From: Phoronis australis
Taxonomy: Eukaryota > Animalia > Phoronida
NCBI GenBank assembly: GCA_002633005.1
Contig: NMRA01000005.1
Coordinates: forward strand, 704,891 to 768,890
Length of the DNA stretch: 64,000 bases
Direction: 5' to 3'
The stretch's first letter is position 1; every line of letters starts with the position of its first letter. The translations under genes were made by a program, and so were the position numbers. Shown piece by piece: positions 14,201-25,200 of this stretch. The notes under the pieces were generated by a model, which ran no database searches, was not told where the DNA came from, and saw only the letters and a list, made by a program, of their open reading frames with translations.

Positions 14201-16914
14201 GTCATGGCAGACACGTACATGTTCACTTACCAGTACATATACAGTTGTTTAAAGTGACAAGCCCAAAGTTGAACAGAATTACCCATCAGACAACACTGAA
14301 ACTGCACTGATTGATTGTGACGTCGGTGCAGTGAAAAATTATTTTCACTCATAACGGGTCACTTGTAGGTCACCGTTCAAAACCAGGCCCAAACACCTAC
14401 TCCGTCAGGGAGGGCATCCTAGACAAACCAGAAGAGAAGAGGCGATGCAAGCGTGGATGGACGATGGCTGGTCGCCCTAGGACATTGCCCCCAGGTATGT
14501 GTGCTTTTGGGATTTTCCCTAGATTAGCACATAGGCGGGTATTCGGAAAATGAAAATTTTCAAACGTTTTAGAAACGCCAAATAAACGCCCGGGTGTTTA
14601 TTCTGAAAAGGGGGCGTGTAAGCGGAAAGTCATAGTTTTGGCTACGCAAACGCCCGCATGGACAGAATACACGTAGGCCTAGATTAAGAGTTTCTTGACT
14701 TTGATATTTTTTACTTAAAACACAGTGTGTTTCTAAATTTTATGATAATAAATGCGTAGCTCGCCAACACTTTGTTCGTTTTTGAAATTATAAATGCTCC
14801 ACAAAACTGAATTGTTGACTAAAAGTTGACGCTGAGTGGGCTTTTATGAAGAAATTTTCCGAATAAATGCCAGCTGTCTGGACACTTGACACCAGAAGTT
14901 GTAACACCAAATAAACGCTCATGAGTGGGATAATTTTCCGAATAAACTTCAACGGGCGTTTATTCGGGTGGGCTTATCTACGGGAAATCCCGATAACTTT
15001 AAAGTTTATTTCACCACTGTTTGATTGCCAATGTTGAATCCTTGACGGAGATGCGACTTGGGGCTTTAAAATGTTGCCACGTTCATCCGAACTTTTGACA
15101 AATTAGCCGGCATGTCAAGTCATAGCCAATGCGTGCATGCGCCATTTTCGAATTCGCTAGTTTAGAGTTGGTCCACTCCAATTAGCTCTGCAGCGTATTC
15201 TTGAGTAGCTGATGGTTTCTACGTTCTTCTTGGTAACCCAAATAGAACTGTATCACATTAAAAGATATTACGAGACATATTTTGTGCGAAAGGTACAATT
15301 CGATTTTCCTTAAACTGAATGAAATGCAACTGACAACTAATGTTGTTTGTCGGTTAAGTGTAATAAAAAATCACATTGTTTTTTGGATTAGAAATCAAAC
15401 TTAGGTCACTTAAAGCGTTGAGATTAGTTCAAAAACTAACTTTTTCCCAAACTATCAGGTGGAAACGTGTAAACAGGTTTGAGAGTTGAAAAGGGCTCAA
15501 AACGTTGTATCGTGAGTACATGAAAATGAAATAACATCGGTTTTTTTCATGAAAGCATCTATCGCTCATTATCACCTTCTGCGATCATCTCATTTCATTC
15601 AAAAGACCAGTGTGCCTGTGCTTAAAGACCGTGAACATAATTTTCAGACAAACTCCCCGGTCCAGCTGACTATGACGTTGGAAATTTCCCACCCGTTTTC
15701 GACGACGCTTACATTCGTAACAGAAGAAAATTCGTGTGGAAAAGTCACCCTCATTCTCAGCGATTCAAGCTGAAAGGTGAGCAAAGTGGTGTTTGCCTTA
15801 AGGATCATAGTCTACGCGGGATTACAAAGCGCAAAATGCAACCAAACCAAATACTGGTTCCCAGTGTGTATAGAAACCGTTATTTTGCTATCTTTTGAAT
15901 CATAAACTGATGGGATGTAAGACAGTAATTAGAAGGAAGTCAATGACCAGACGCTCTCAATCCATGTGTCAATCTCGCAGTGTGCGGTCATGCATACGTT
16001 GGCGGATACTTAGAGTGTGTATGCATTCGTTTCCTTCAGAGTCCCAGACTCCGGGTCCAGCTAACTACGATGCACCCAACAGTTGCGTTACTGAAAACAA
16101 AGCACCGGCTTTTAGCTTGGTCAGTCGGCGGAAGTTTATGGGTGAGTTGTCGTGTCAATTGCATGGCACGTTTCTACAGGTGATAGCCAACGTTCATGGA
16201 CTTTTTTCCAAATATAATATTCACATTTAGTACAAATATTCAAAATATACAAAATATACACGATTGTTTACCACTGCTATGCAAAACAGTTTCAATGTAA
16301 TATTCATGCATAAAATCAGTTTGTTGATTGAGAGAGCAAATCTTTATCGGCTACTTTAGGCCTTCTGATTTTTGGCGCTTTTAGCAATTTTGGTTTATTT
16401 TTAGTTTGTGGATCAATTTGTACTTGTTTTGCTTTCTACAGCCGTGTTAAGTATAACGATTCGGATATTTTTTATTTTCTTACCCTCAGGATATCGGTCG
16501 TCATCAACGAAGAGTTTTAAAATAGGACTCCTATAGCACATATCTCCGTTGTTTCGGGGGGGGGGAATTTGAGACGCAGCTCGTCCCTGCGTACCGTTTT
16601 ATTTTTTTTTCAAAAGCATGCTGAAATCAAAAAATAACAAATTTCGCAAAATATGTCTTCTCGTTTTCGTGAACGATTGTGCACCAATTCAAGGTGCGAA
16701 TAAAAGTTTTTCAGTCATCGAAGCAAAATAACAAAATAATATACATTAGTTTATGTTTGCAGATAAAGAGTTGAATGCAGTTGGAGCCTACTTAGTGGAG
16801 TCTGACGTCACCCGTTACGGTAAGGCCTCCGCTCTTGGCAAGAGTCTGGCTGGACGAGCGAGTCCACTTGTCTACACTGGAGTTGCGTGCAACAAGACAA
16901 ATCTCCGGCCTTAA
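2109..16914 (+). CDS. SHIPPO-1/PGP-repeat protein (ODF3/CIMAP1/STPG family), spliced gene of about 530-540 aa
   Basis: Exons 2109-2255, 3424-3528, 4450-4572, 5588-5749 (alternative donor after 5719), 7315-7428, 10919-10993, 11943-12050, 12671-12787, 13009-13143, 14369-14494, 15648-15776, 16040-16141, 16763-16914 (TAA). All are AG/GT bounded, phase 1 and open in frame. Repeated PGPxxY/PAPNxY motifs (PGPSDY, PGPAAY, PGPAVY, PGPAHY, PGPASY, PAPNAY, PAPNQY, PGPNTY, PGPADY, PGPANY). Start exon uncertain; candidate 1246-1264 (MKSRYV, phase-1 GT). Confidence 0.88.
2842..2950 (+). mobile_element. tRNA-derived SINE head (degenerate)
   Basis: A-box-like TAGCCTAGTGG and B-box-like GGTCGAGTCC, followed by ccttgagtcagg; no complete cloverleaf. 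Confidence 0.45.
3424..3528 (+). CDS. SHIPPO-repeat gene exon
   Basis: DYPQPGPSDYDETNVNLVKVRAPMYS; 105 bp; ttccag / gtgaga. Confidence 0.88.
4450..4572 (+). CDS. SHIPPO-repeat gene exon
   Basis: DPFEHLIRKPSAEAKLEKIRQK...KPGFTIKGKS; 123 bp; ccttag / gtgcgt. Confidence 0.75.
5588..5749 (+). CDS. SHIPPO-repeat gene exon
   Basis: DMNNKRIGPGPAAYFASKDCVYYRAPRPVIG; aacag / gtaaga (in-frame alternative donor after 5719). Confidence 0.8.
5784..5814. mobile_element. 31-bp mini inverted-repeat element (CATAGAC...GTCTATG) with near-perfect 8-bp flanking duplication
   Basis: gttaaaac|catagacatc actagtattag gatgtctatg|gttaaaat. Confidence 0.45.
6405..6540. mobile_element. Second copy (inverted) of the 329-453 MITE
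   Basis: ttcagtaacgctaggatctcgctaaaaagcaagacgtcgcgagattac... closely matches the reverse complement of 329-453. Confidence 0.7.
7315..7428 (+). CDS. SHIPPO-repeat gene exon
   Basis: ESPGPAVYDVKYRRVGDGPKVTI...NP; 114 bp. Confidence 0.85.
7744..7806 (-). mobile_element. tRNA-derived SINE head
   Basis: Minus strand gtggtggtgtagtggtaaagcacgc...gtgatttcgagcc with Pol III A- and B-box-like motifs. Confidence 0.45.
8334..8782. other. Assembly gap (449 N)
   Basis: Run of N inside a SHIPPO-gene intron. Confidence 0.99.
10919..10993 (+). CDS. SHIPPO-repeat gene exon
   Basis: GPAHYNIKETKTSFGASLLSRPVTP; completes a PGP motif begun in the previous exon; 75 bp; ttctag / gtaagt. Confidence 0.85.
11943..12050 (+). 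CDS. SHIPPO-repeat gene exon
   Basis: AKLSDNSPGPASYVISSSLGHAPAAVLK; 108 bp; ttccag / gtacgt. Confidence 0.85.
12671..12787 (+). CDS. SHIPPO-repeat gene exon
   Basis: DRHVMPAPNAYDVIKVTTRGVWQKPEKFNFTYRP; 117 bp. Confidence 0.8.
13009..13143 (+). CDS. SHIPPO-repeat gene exon
   Basis: DNFSRPAPNQYSPKCTETKSCAPAYTLREKT; 135 bp. Confidence 0.85.
13619..13710. repeat. Minisatellite, 23 bp x 4
   Basis: aaaaacgccaccggcgtgtacat units with small variations. Confidence 0.9.
14369..14494 (+). CDS. SHIPPO-repeat gene exon
   Basis: HRSKPGPNTYSVREG...GWTMAGRPRTLPP; 126 bp; ttgtag / gtatgt. Confidence 0.85.
15648..15776 (+). CDS. SHIPPO-repeat gene exon
   Basis: DKLPGPADYDVGNFPP...QRFKLK; 129 bp; tttcag / gtgagc. 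Confidence 0.85.
16040..16141 (+). CDS. SHIPPO-repeat gene exon
   Basis: ESQTPGPANYDAPNSCVTENKAPAFSLVSRRKFM; 102 bp; cttcag / gtgagt. Confidence 0.88.
16763..16914 (+). CDS. SHIPPO-repeat gene terminal exon
   Basis: DKELNAVGAYLVESDVTRYGKASALGKSLAGRASPLVYTG...LRP*; ttgcag acceptor; TAA at 16912-16914. Confidence 0.7.
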
Positions 16915-19107
16915 ATCGTTGAATGTTGCATTTTCAACGAAGTATCGCTCTATTTTGTTTCGCGGATTAAAGAGGGGGTTGCCGATGACTGTGCATAACC
17001 ATTTCTATGGTGGTCACGATCCTTAAATATAAAATGAAAGTGTTTCTGTTCTGTTTTAGTTTTATCTCGATGGCTGCACTAGGTTCACGTAATCGGATCC
17101 ACGGAGTCAAGCGGTTAAGACATCGGACTGGTTTTTTGTTGCGACTTATAGGCCAATTAGACCTTTTGCACGGCGGGGTAACCGCCGCTGTCATGAAAGG
17201 ACCCTACCTTGACACCCTAACCCGTCGAGATTGTGCAACTCGACCGGTTTACGTACCACACAATTTGCCGGTTCAGATCAAAGACACCTGTTGTGGTTGA
17301 TTGAATCGCCTCAGGCTGATGTTATCGTTCTCTAGATAACGAGATTGTCAACACATGATTAGGGGCGATAGTAGTATTTTCAAATTTTCGTTTTGTATAT
17401 TTGTTAATTAGCATATTTGAATAGTCCGTACATAACGATAAATCGTCGTGAGAGACCGTCCGGAGTTGGTATATGGTGCAACTCCGGAGGCTCTGAGGTC
17501 AACAGAAAACCACAGTTCAAATGTGAGTCTACACCAATGTGATAAACGAGAGTTCTAATTGCTGCGTCAGCTGCTGGTATGCTTATCTCTTTTATGACAC
17601 ACAATGCGTGACCAGTTAAAGCGTTTTCAAAATAATGTGGATAAATCAGTGAAGTGTGAGACCCCTGAGGTCCCTGTCAAGTCATCACGACAATTTTACG
17701 TAATGAAACCACAAGATTTTTGAAATTTGAAAATTGGATAAGGAATACGACTTTTACAGCCTAAATCGCTTCTTGTTGAAATTGTTTGTTCCTGATTAAT
17801 TCCGATGGGTGTGCAACATAATTGGGTCAAGTACTAAACCACCATGCAGAGTTGGAGTTTGATGTAACTGTCATCGTACAATTCCCGACATGGTGAATCA
17901 CATCAGGACACTGACTGAGCTATGTTCTCTTACATCATCATTTTGGCTGCCTGAACAGTATATGTAATGCAAGTCCTTACTTGGTGAGCGTAAGATTCAT
18001 GCAATCATGAGTTATTTCAAATTCTACTGCTGTAAAATGTATTGAGCTCAAACACGAATTTTATGACACAGTCGCCATAAGTTCATACCAACGTAGACGT
18101 GAAGGTGTCAAATCTTAGCTGAGGTTCTGGGTACGAGATTAACTTTAAAAGTCAAATCTTCAACATGACGTTTAGCTGTGCGGCGAAGGCAGGGGGTCAC
18201 GTAGAATGATCGATGGTGGCGAAGACTTGCACTATTAAAGGGCACTAGTATGGAAATGGAATGAAAAATAACACAATTTTCAGCAACTGAATGTCGATTC
18301 CCAAACTTTATTGACGGGTTTAGACAATTCGATTGAGATAGACATCAACAGTATTTCGTGTGTAAAATGTATAAACCATGGGTTAATTTCCTGTTTACCT
18401 ACTGAGAATGAAGATTTACAATGGATTTATTTCAAAGCAGTACTCCAAATCAACCTTTTAATAATGGTGTCAGTGCAGTTGTACAGCGAATACCATTACA
18501 AATATCGACCGATTCCGAGGGCAATGCCAGGTTTTTATGGACCGACAGAAAGCAGTTTTGCCCGAGGCCGAGGGAAATTTTGAACTTTCTAGGTCCATGC
18601 AGCCTGATATGTCCGAGGGATTGGTTTTCATTTTTTTATTATACGGCCACTGATGATTATTTCCTCCAATTTCTTCGCCTAGGAGATTGACATGTTCCGG
18701 CGTCCCGATTTGATGTACTTCGTCGTCTGCTAACTTTGTTTACACGATCAGGGTTTTATGGTTTCTGCAGTGTGTAATATATTAATTAATTATATAGTTC
18801 GATCACGAGTAGCGACTTCTGTGTACGACCGACTTGGATCACAGAAAAGTGGTGTTACATGGCTATATCCAAACAATGTCACCTCATAGCGGAAGTCATC
18901 GCACTGTGTTTTAGCCAACCAAGGACAGACGTATCAGTGGCCGTGCAATAATTTGCAATGGTTTGTTGTCGAGTTAAAACATTCGGACGATTTTTAATGA
19001 GCATGACATCTTTGTCTGTCTTTAAAATGGTAGATTTTAGATTCGATAGCATTTTGTTCAGTTCATGACACTGTGATTCCCCAGTGTTTATCGACCGTGA
19101 GTGCCGA

Positions 19108-19298
19108 CTAGCACAGTTCCTTAGCTAGATTCTCCAGTTCGTCAAAGTCGTCAATGGGGAAGACGTTTTCTGGTTTCGACGCGATGATCTTGAGTTGATG
19201 TTGGTTGATGCTACTTCCGATTCCAATGGCGTAGGTTCGGATGCCTGCTTGACGGTTTAGAAGCGCTTGGCCAGCAACGTTGCCGCCCGTGCTTCCAC
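19108..19298 (-). CDS. Chitin-binding/VWA gene terminal exon (VWA C-terminal half)
   Basis: GGSTGGNVAGQALLNRQAGIRTYAIGIGSSINQHQLKIIASKPENVFPIDDFDELENLAKELC*; cttccag acceptor. Confidence 0.9.
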
Positions 19299-22200
19299 CT
19301 GGAAGAGTGTAAGTATATAATTAGTTGAAGAATATTAGGGGTGAAAAAATCACTGGAAGAGGTCTGTCTGATCTCCGCCAACATCTCATGAGAACTCCGG
19401 ATACCTTGCTTCTATAATACGTCCATCATGCTCTGAAACGCACAATTTACTACCCAGACTGTAACGTACCTAACAATGTACTGTCGTGAATGCTTTATAA
19501 TTTGGCCCTATGACCATATTATATATATTTCAATAAAGAAATTGTAAAGAAACTGATATTGGGGGTGAAAAAAGACTCCAAAATATGCCTGATCTCCGGC
19601 AACAGTGTTTACGCAGTGTTTTGCGGGTTCACCGTGATTGATCCATGGACCAGAGTGTTTGCATGTCCGACTACTGAGACAGTTTTTTCGTCACGGTGAT
19701 GACGATTTCGACAACAATGTTGATAACACAGTTGATGATACATGGGCGGCGCACCATAGGGGGCTAGGGAGGCTATAGCCCCCCACTTTTTCAGTGCTAC
19801 GCCACACATGGTTTATAGGCGGTGCACCAAAGGGGGCTGAGGGGGTTTTAGCCCCCCTCACTTTTTTCAGTGCTGCGCCGCCCATGTGATAATGACATTA
19901 ATGACATCGATGGTGATCATGGTGGCTGTCGGAGATTGTGTTTAGCCATTCTTTTGCGTAATGAAAAGATGTGGTTTAGTTCAATTTTTTGAAGAAGAGG
20001 TGCGACAGTTCTAATACTTCCTCTTCCTATAACTGTAGTTGGACCTACGATACCCGTATGTATATATCTAATTTGATTGGTTCAGCCACTGTGTCTTGTA
20101 ATTTCCATTATACTCTCATTGTATTGCGTAGGACTTAGTCAAACTCAGTCGTAATCTGCTACGCTCATTACGGCCTATTGTTTTAAATGACTTATTCTTA
20201 TTAGAATGACATAAGCAAAATGATTATCATAAAAATATTCATATAAGGGCCACACTTTGGAATCTCGAAAATGGATTTCTTGCCAAGGTCGGTTTGATAC
20301 AAACAAGTCGACAGAACACATCTCTGAAACTGTACTTCACTGTGTCTACTCAACCAGATACAAGTTTGGAACTACTTCGAGTTCATAACCCCACTGTGAC
20401 GGCTGAGACGGTAGTTGTGGTGACGCTAAAGGTAATGGGGATGACGATGACGACGATAATGGTGATAGTAGAGGTTATGGAGGCTGAGGTGATGCTGATG
20501 TCGGCGATGGCGTAACAACTGTTAAACTCAGACAGAGTTAACGTTTCGTGTCCTATGTATGTTTTGAGACACGACATGGCAAGTGTCTTGTGCCTGCTTC
20601 CAAAGCATGTCACGTGTTTTATGTGTCCTTTATATAATTGCTGTGCTTACCAAATTATAATTGCATTTTTATAAATTTTTCAGCTCTTCTGACGTTAGGC
20701 CAAATGTTCACATGCGCGCAACCAGCCTAAAAAATCAGGGGGCTCGAAATTTTGAGAATGTGGACCTTTTACTAAGATTCATGGAATACGTTCAGAGCTA
20801 TGAATTGTACATTCGCTAAATTTGGTAGTTCGGGCGTTTTTATTGGACTTTCGTCTCGTCTTCTACTTTTTTGATTCTCTGAGGCTTACTTTTTTGCCCA
20901 CTTCGTCAAATGGGTGCGCGTATGGTTCAATACTAATTTGAGTGTGATTGCTAAATAATGTTTTTAGTAGAGTCTCGACCGAATAAAGTTTGATGACCAT
21001 GGCGACGTGCCCGAGCTTGGTAGAGGCCAGTCTATTAGTTGGCTAAACCTGTCGCCCATCGATTTCCTGCTCCAAAAATGGCCTGTAGCAATGCCAACTC
21101 AACATATCAATAGTCAGCAGCAATATCTCCAATTTTGTCAACGGAGGCTATCTATTCAATAAATTTTAATCTAAGTACAAAGCGTTCGTGATTGCTTTAA
21201 GAATAGCCTACTGTTGTTTTACATGTCCGGTTTATTTCCCCTCTATGTTTTACCCTAGTCACGTGACTTCAGTTGTAAATGGTCTGGATCAAAAATTGTT
21301 GGCACAAGGCCACGGCTCGGTACTTCCCGCAGAACTTACCGTCTGTTATAAAGAAGATAATCTGGGAAATCCCAGTGGCGGGATTTCGGGCTCCATTGGC
21401 TGTCGAAAACATCACTTCCCGCGCGTGCCTCAGTGCCCGGTCAATTCGAGTCTGAGCACCATTCTGAAAAACGATGGCGTCGACTTCCGACAGGGCAAAG
21501 AACTTGTTGCTGGTGAGAAAAAACTCTTTCTTGGCTTGTACTGAGAATTGTGATACCCCCACGTGGGTCTTGCCTGGAGCAACTTGCAGCCTGTTGATCA
21601 CGGTCTTGATGAATTGCTTGATTTTTGGGAAGTTCGGCCTTATGCTTCCAGATCCGTCAGCAACGAAAACAATGTCCGCGTTGTCACAATCTGCAAGTTA
21701 GTCGAAATGTTCGTTTACATAGCGATACGCATGGGCACGTAATGTCAGTAAACCATTTTGATCATGCAACCGCGTTGTCACAATCTGCAAGTTAGTCGAA
21801 ATGTTCGTTTGCATGGCGGTACGCATGGGCACGTAATGTCAGTAAACCATTTTGATCATGCAGCTGTTGCTGAAAGCAACGAATACCAATGAAGCGACCG
21901 AGACGTAATTTCGTACAGAAATTCCTCGAATGAGCATCAGAAAAAATGTATTTGCACCACACACCGTTCACAGTTTGTAAAAGGTAGTGGTAAAATAGTT
22001 TATCCGGGTTTTGCATGGTTCAGTATTGGAGTAAAGAGTTTAGATGAACGCTGCAGGAGACCCATAACACTTCGCGTTTGCAGGAGCAAATGTGTTTTTA
22101 GTGCTTACCTTGACATTTCTTGCATTGGGGGTCGTCTACGGTTATCAAAGTCTTCGCCTTACAAACTGAGTTGTAGTAGTGGTCACACACGCACACGGCC

Positions 22201-25200
22201 GGGTTGAAGGTCGTCCCAATCGGGCAGCACTGGTAACCAAAGTTGCCGTTGCTCATGTCAACTTGTTTGAAGCATTTGCAGTCTTTCGACTTGATCGTGT
22301 ACAGGTTCCCGTGGCTCTTGCACGACAGGCCATCGGGGTTAATGTTACCTGGAAAGTGTATGTTTTCGAAGGTTATGCGGTTCTCGTCTGTCCAGAATGA
22401 GATGTCGTTCATCGAAATATTGTTGACACAAGAAAACACTATCAGAAACTGGTTTTCGCCCTCACAAAATACGGAATTTCCTATTGAATAGATGCACTTG
22501 AATTTAAACAAATTATGCACTTGAATCGGTGCTATTCTACACGGTACCAGTGCTGTAGTGGGGCGTAGGCGCACGTAGGCACAGCCAATCACCTTTTGGC
22601 ATTTGAACGTAGCGCCTATGCACTGTAAGTTACTTTCGGTGCTCAAGGTGATACTGTGGGCTTTGGGCGCCTAATTACCTCTAATTTTAGCTCTACAGCA
22701 CTGCGTGGCACCATTGTCACGCACTAGGAAAATCACCTTTATCGTGATTGGAAGCCTAAAGCAGAGAATAATTGGAAACATAGTCACTGCAAGACAGTGC
22801 CTTTCTGATCCTTCATCATTTGTTGATAAAATGTCTGCTATTAAAAATTGAAGGCAAGCCAATGCTATTTCCAAGAGCAAAAACATGTTTTGGTGGTTAT
22901 TTCATCTTCTTTGTTTGTTTCTATGAAGTAAATGTATGAATAATTAAATCCACCGGTGAGTATCGCGCTCAGTGGAGCCTAGTTCGTGTATTAGGATTTT
23001 TGTGGCCCGGGGCCTCTGATGCGACATGCACCGTGCTTAGCCTTGTCACCGTTTGACAATCTAATGGATATCCTGAAAATATGACTTTAAACAGCTCTTA
23101 CTTTCCGTCCCCTCACATGTGGAACCCACACGTGATTTGGCTTGTTTATTTTACCTAATTACATACATGTATTCAAGATGGTCGATCCGTGTATTATTAC
23201 AAGTGAAGCACGTGATCACACATAGCTTCCTTCGCCAGATTCTTGCGTCTACGCTATAGAACTGCCATGCCATTATTATAGTCTTACCATCAGTGGGAGT
23301 GTATGGTCCTGGACAGATGTTGGCTTTAGACCCTTTACATTTGAAATTCCATGGCCAGTCACACACACATACAGCGGGGTTGAACTTCAAAGGGGCGGGG
23401 CATCTGTGATATCCGTTGTTGCCATTGGTCAAATCTTTCTGATGAAAGCACGTGCAGTCCTTATTAGAGATGGTGTACCGGTTTTGCCTTCGCTCACAGT
23501 ATCCGTCACCAACTGAAAAAGTCAATGTCAAACTCACAGAAAAGAATGGCATGATGGGCAAAATTTATTCTTTGAACCATTATCGTTTTCGCGGCAGGAA
23601 ACATTTTGAGGTTACAGTTGAATAGGATAAACCTCCAGAAGTCATTACCTCTTGACAAAGCTATAAAATAATAAAATTCATTGTTTTGTGATTTCATTAC
23701 AATTTGCCACTTCTCGCCGGTTTTAAGAGAATAAAATGTCTAATTCGATTTTCGGTTTTTATCAAGCAAAATCGGGCGAAATGCAACTTTCATAAAGGAT
23801 TAGTAGAGCCCACATGATTTCCTTTTTTGAATTTGAAATTGGGCCCGGATATACAGATATGACTGACGCTGTACTTTGATCTGTGTTGTCACAACTCGGG
23901 CATACAGCGAACTAAAACGAAGCGGACTTCGCTGAGTTCTACTTCGATTCCTAGCATTAGTTACATACCATATAGTCACGTTGGCTCATGTTTGCTGATG
24001 TAGCCAGTTAGAAGGCGATAGCGTGTACTTTTCTCATCCAAATTCAAGATTGGAATTTATTAAGAACACCCAAGTTAGTCCATTATATAGTAAATTTAAG
24101 TTCAAAAGCCATTGTGGCAATACTGATCGCAGCAAACATCTCATTCACCACTCGTTTTATTATTCTACGTCCCTGTTCGCCAGTGCATACTGATTGTGGG
24201 TCTGCGGGAGAAGAAGCTCAAGGGCCTTGTCTCAATAACAAAGTTTTCAGAGCGTCTAAGCCCTTTGAAATATCTTAACAAAATGGGTTGGGAACGGTAG
24301 GTGACACGTGGAATAAGTTAACCCGGGAAATTTTTGTTTTAAATATTGATTCCCTTCATTAGAAACATTACAGTTGAGTGACTGGGTCTTTTTATGAATG
24401 ATTATTTTTTAACTTTAGACGTCACTGCTCATTAATTTTGCACTCGTATTTTTCTTGAATTTCGAAGGTGTCTGAATGGCTTATAGTGTTCAGGTTAGTC
24501 TGAATCAGAATAAGTGTTCATGAGGTTTTTAACTTATATTTAACATGGCAGAAGCAACCACTACAATAACGATAATGACAAATACGGACATAGCCTGGTG
24601 TATACGGACATAGCCTGGTGTATACGGACATAGCCTGGTGTATACGGACATAGCCTGGTGTATACGGACATAGCCTGGTGTATACGGACATAGCCTGGTG
24701 TATACGGACATAGCCTGGTGTATACGGACATAGCCTGGTGTATTCTCCAGTGAAGAGAAAAGTTGTGTGTGTGCAAGAATGGTTAGGAAATCTCCAGGCG
24801 TAACTTAATTTCCGTGACACCGTGACTTGTCAAAAGTGTATTTCTAACGCGACACGGCCTGTCGAGGGATCCTTATTTAGACTGTACAACGCCTCCTACT
24901 CAGTTTTCATGGTTTTGAGGTTGGAAATAGAACTACCTTTTATGCGTTTGCTTGTCTGTATAGGTTCTATTTGTTGTATAAAATGTGAACCTACGGCCTT
25001 AAGTGCGATTATGTATAAGACCCTAGAAAATGGCCGAATTTGCGGGCTAACTTTGGAACATCACCGATTTCTCAGAAATGACTGGTCGGATTCCTGTGAA
25101 ACTATCAGACAGTTTGCTTTGTGCACTGCTCTCCAAGTGTTGTTATGCATCGTTTTTAAGTAGGATGTTTATGATCTTATGAAAAAGCTCGAAAATGCAT

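Noticed and set aside
20294-20613. Thr/Ile- or Val/Met-rich ORFs (mucin-like exon?)
   Set aside because: Degenerate GAT/GGT trinucleotide tract; inclusion would split the VWA domain at ITD|G.
22349-22646. N-terminal extension of ORF 22098-22646 as coding sequence
   Set aside because: A better acceptor (tttccag at 22349-22350) gives a 240-bp exon matching the other repeats; the extension has no similarity. An in-frame acceptor at 22481 cannot be fully excluded.
24518-24820. Repetitive ORFs / possible CRISPR array
   Set aside because: 20-bp head-to-tail repeat with no spacers, in a eukaryotic intron; no cas genes.
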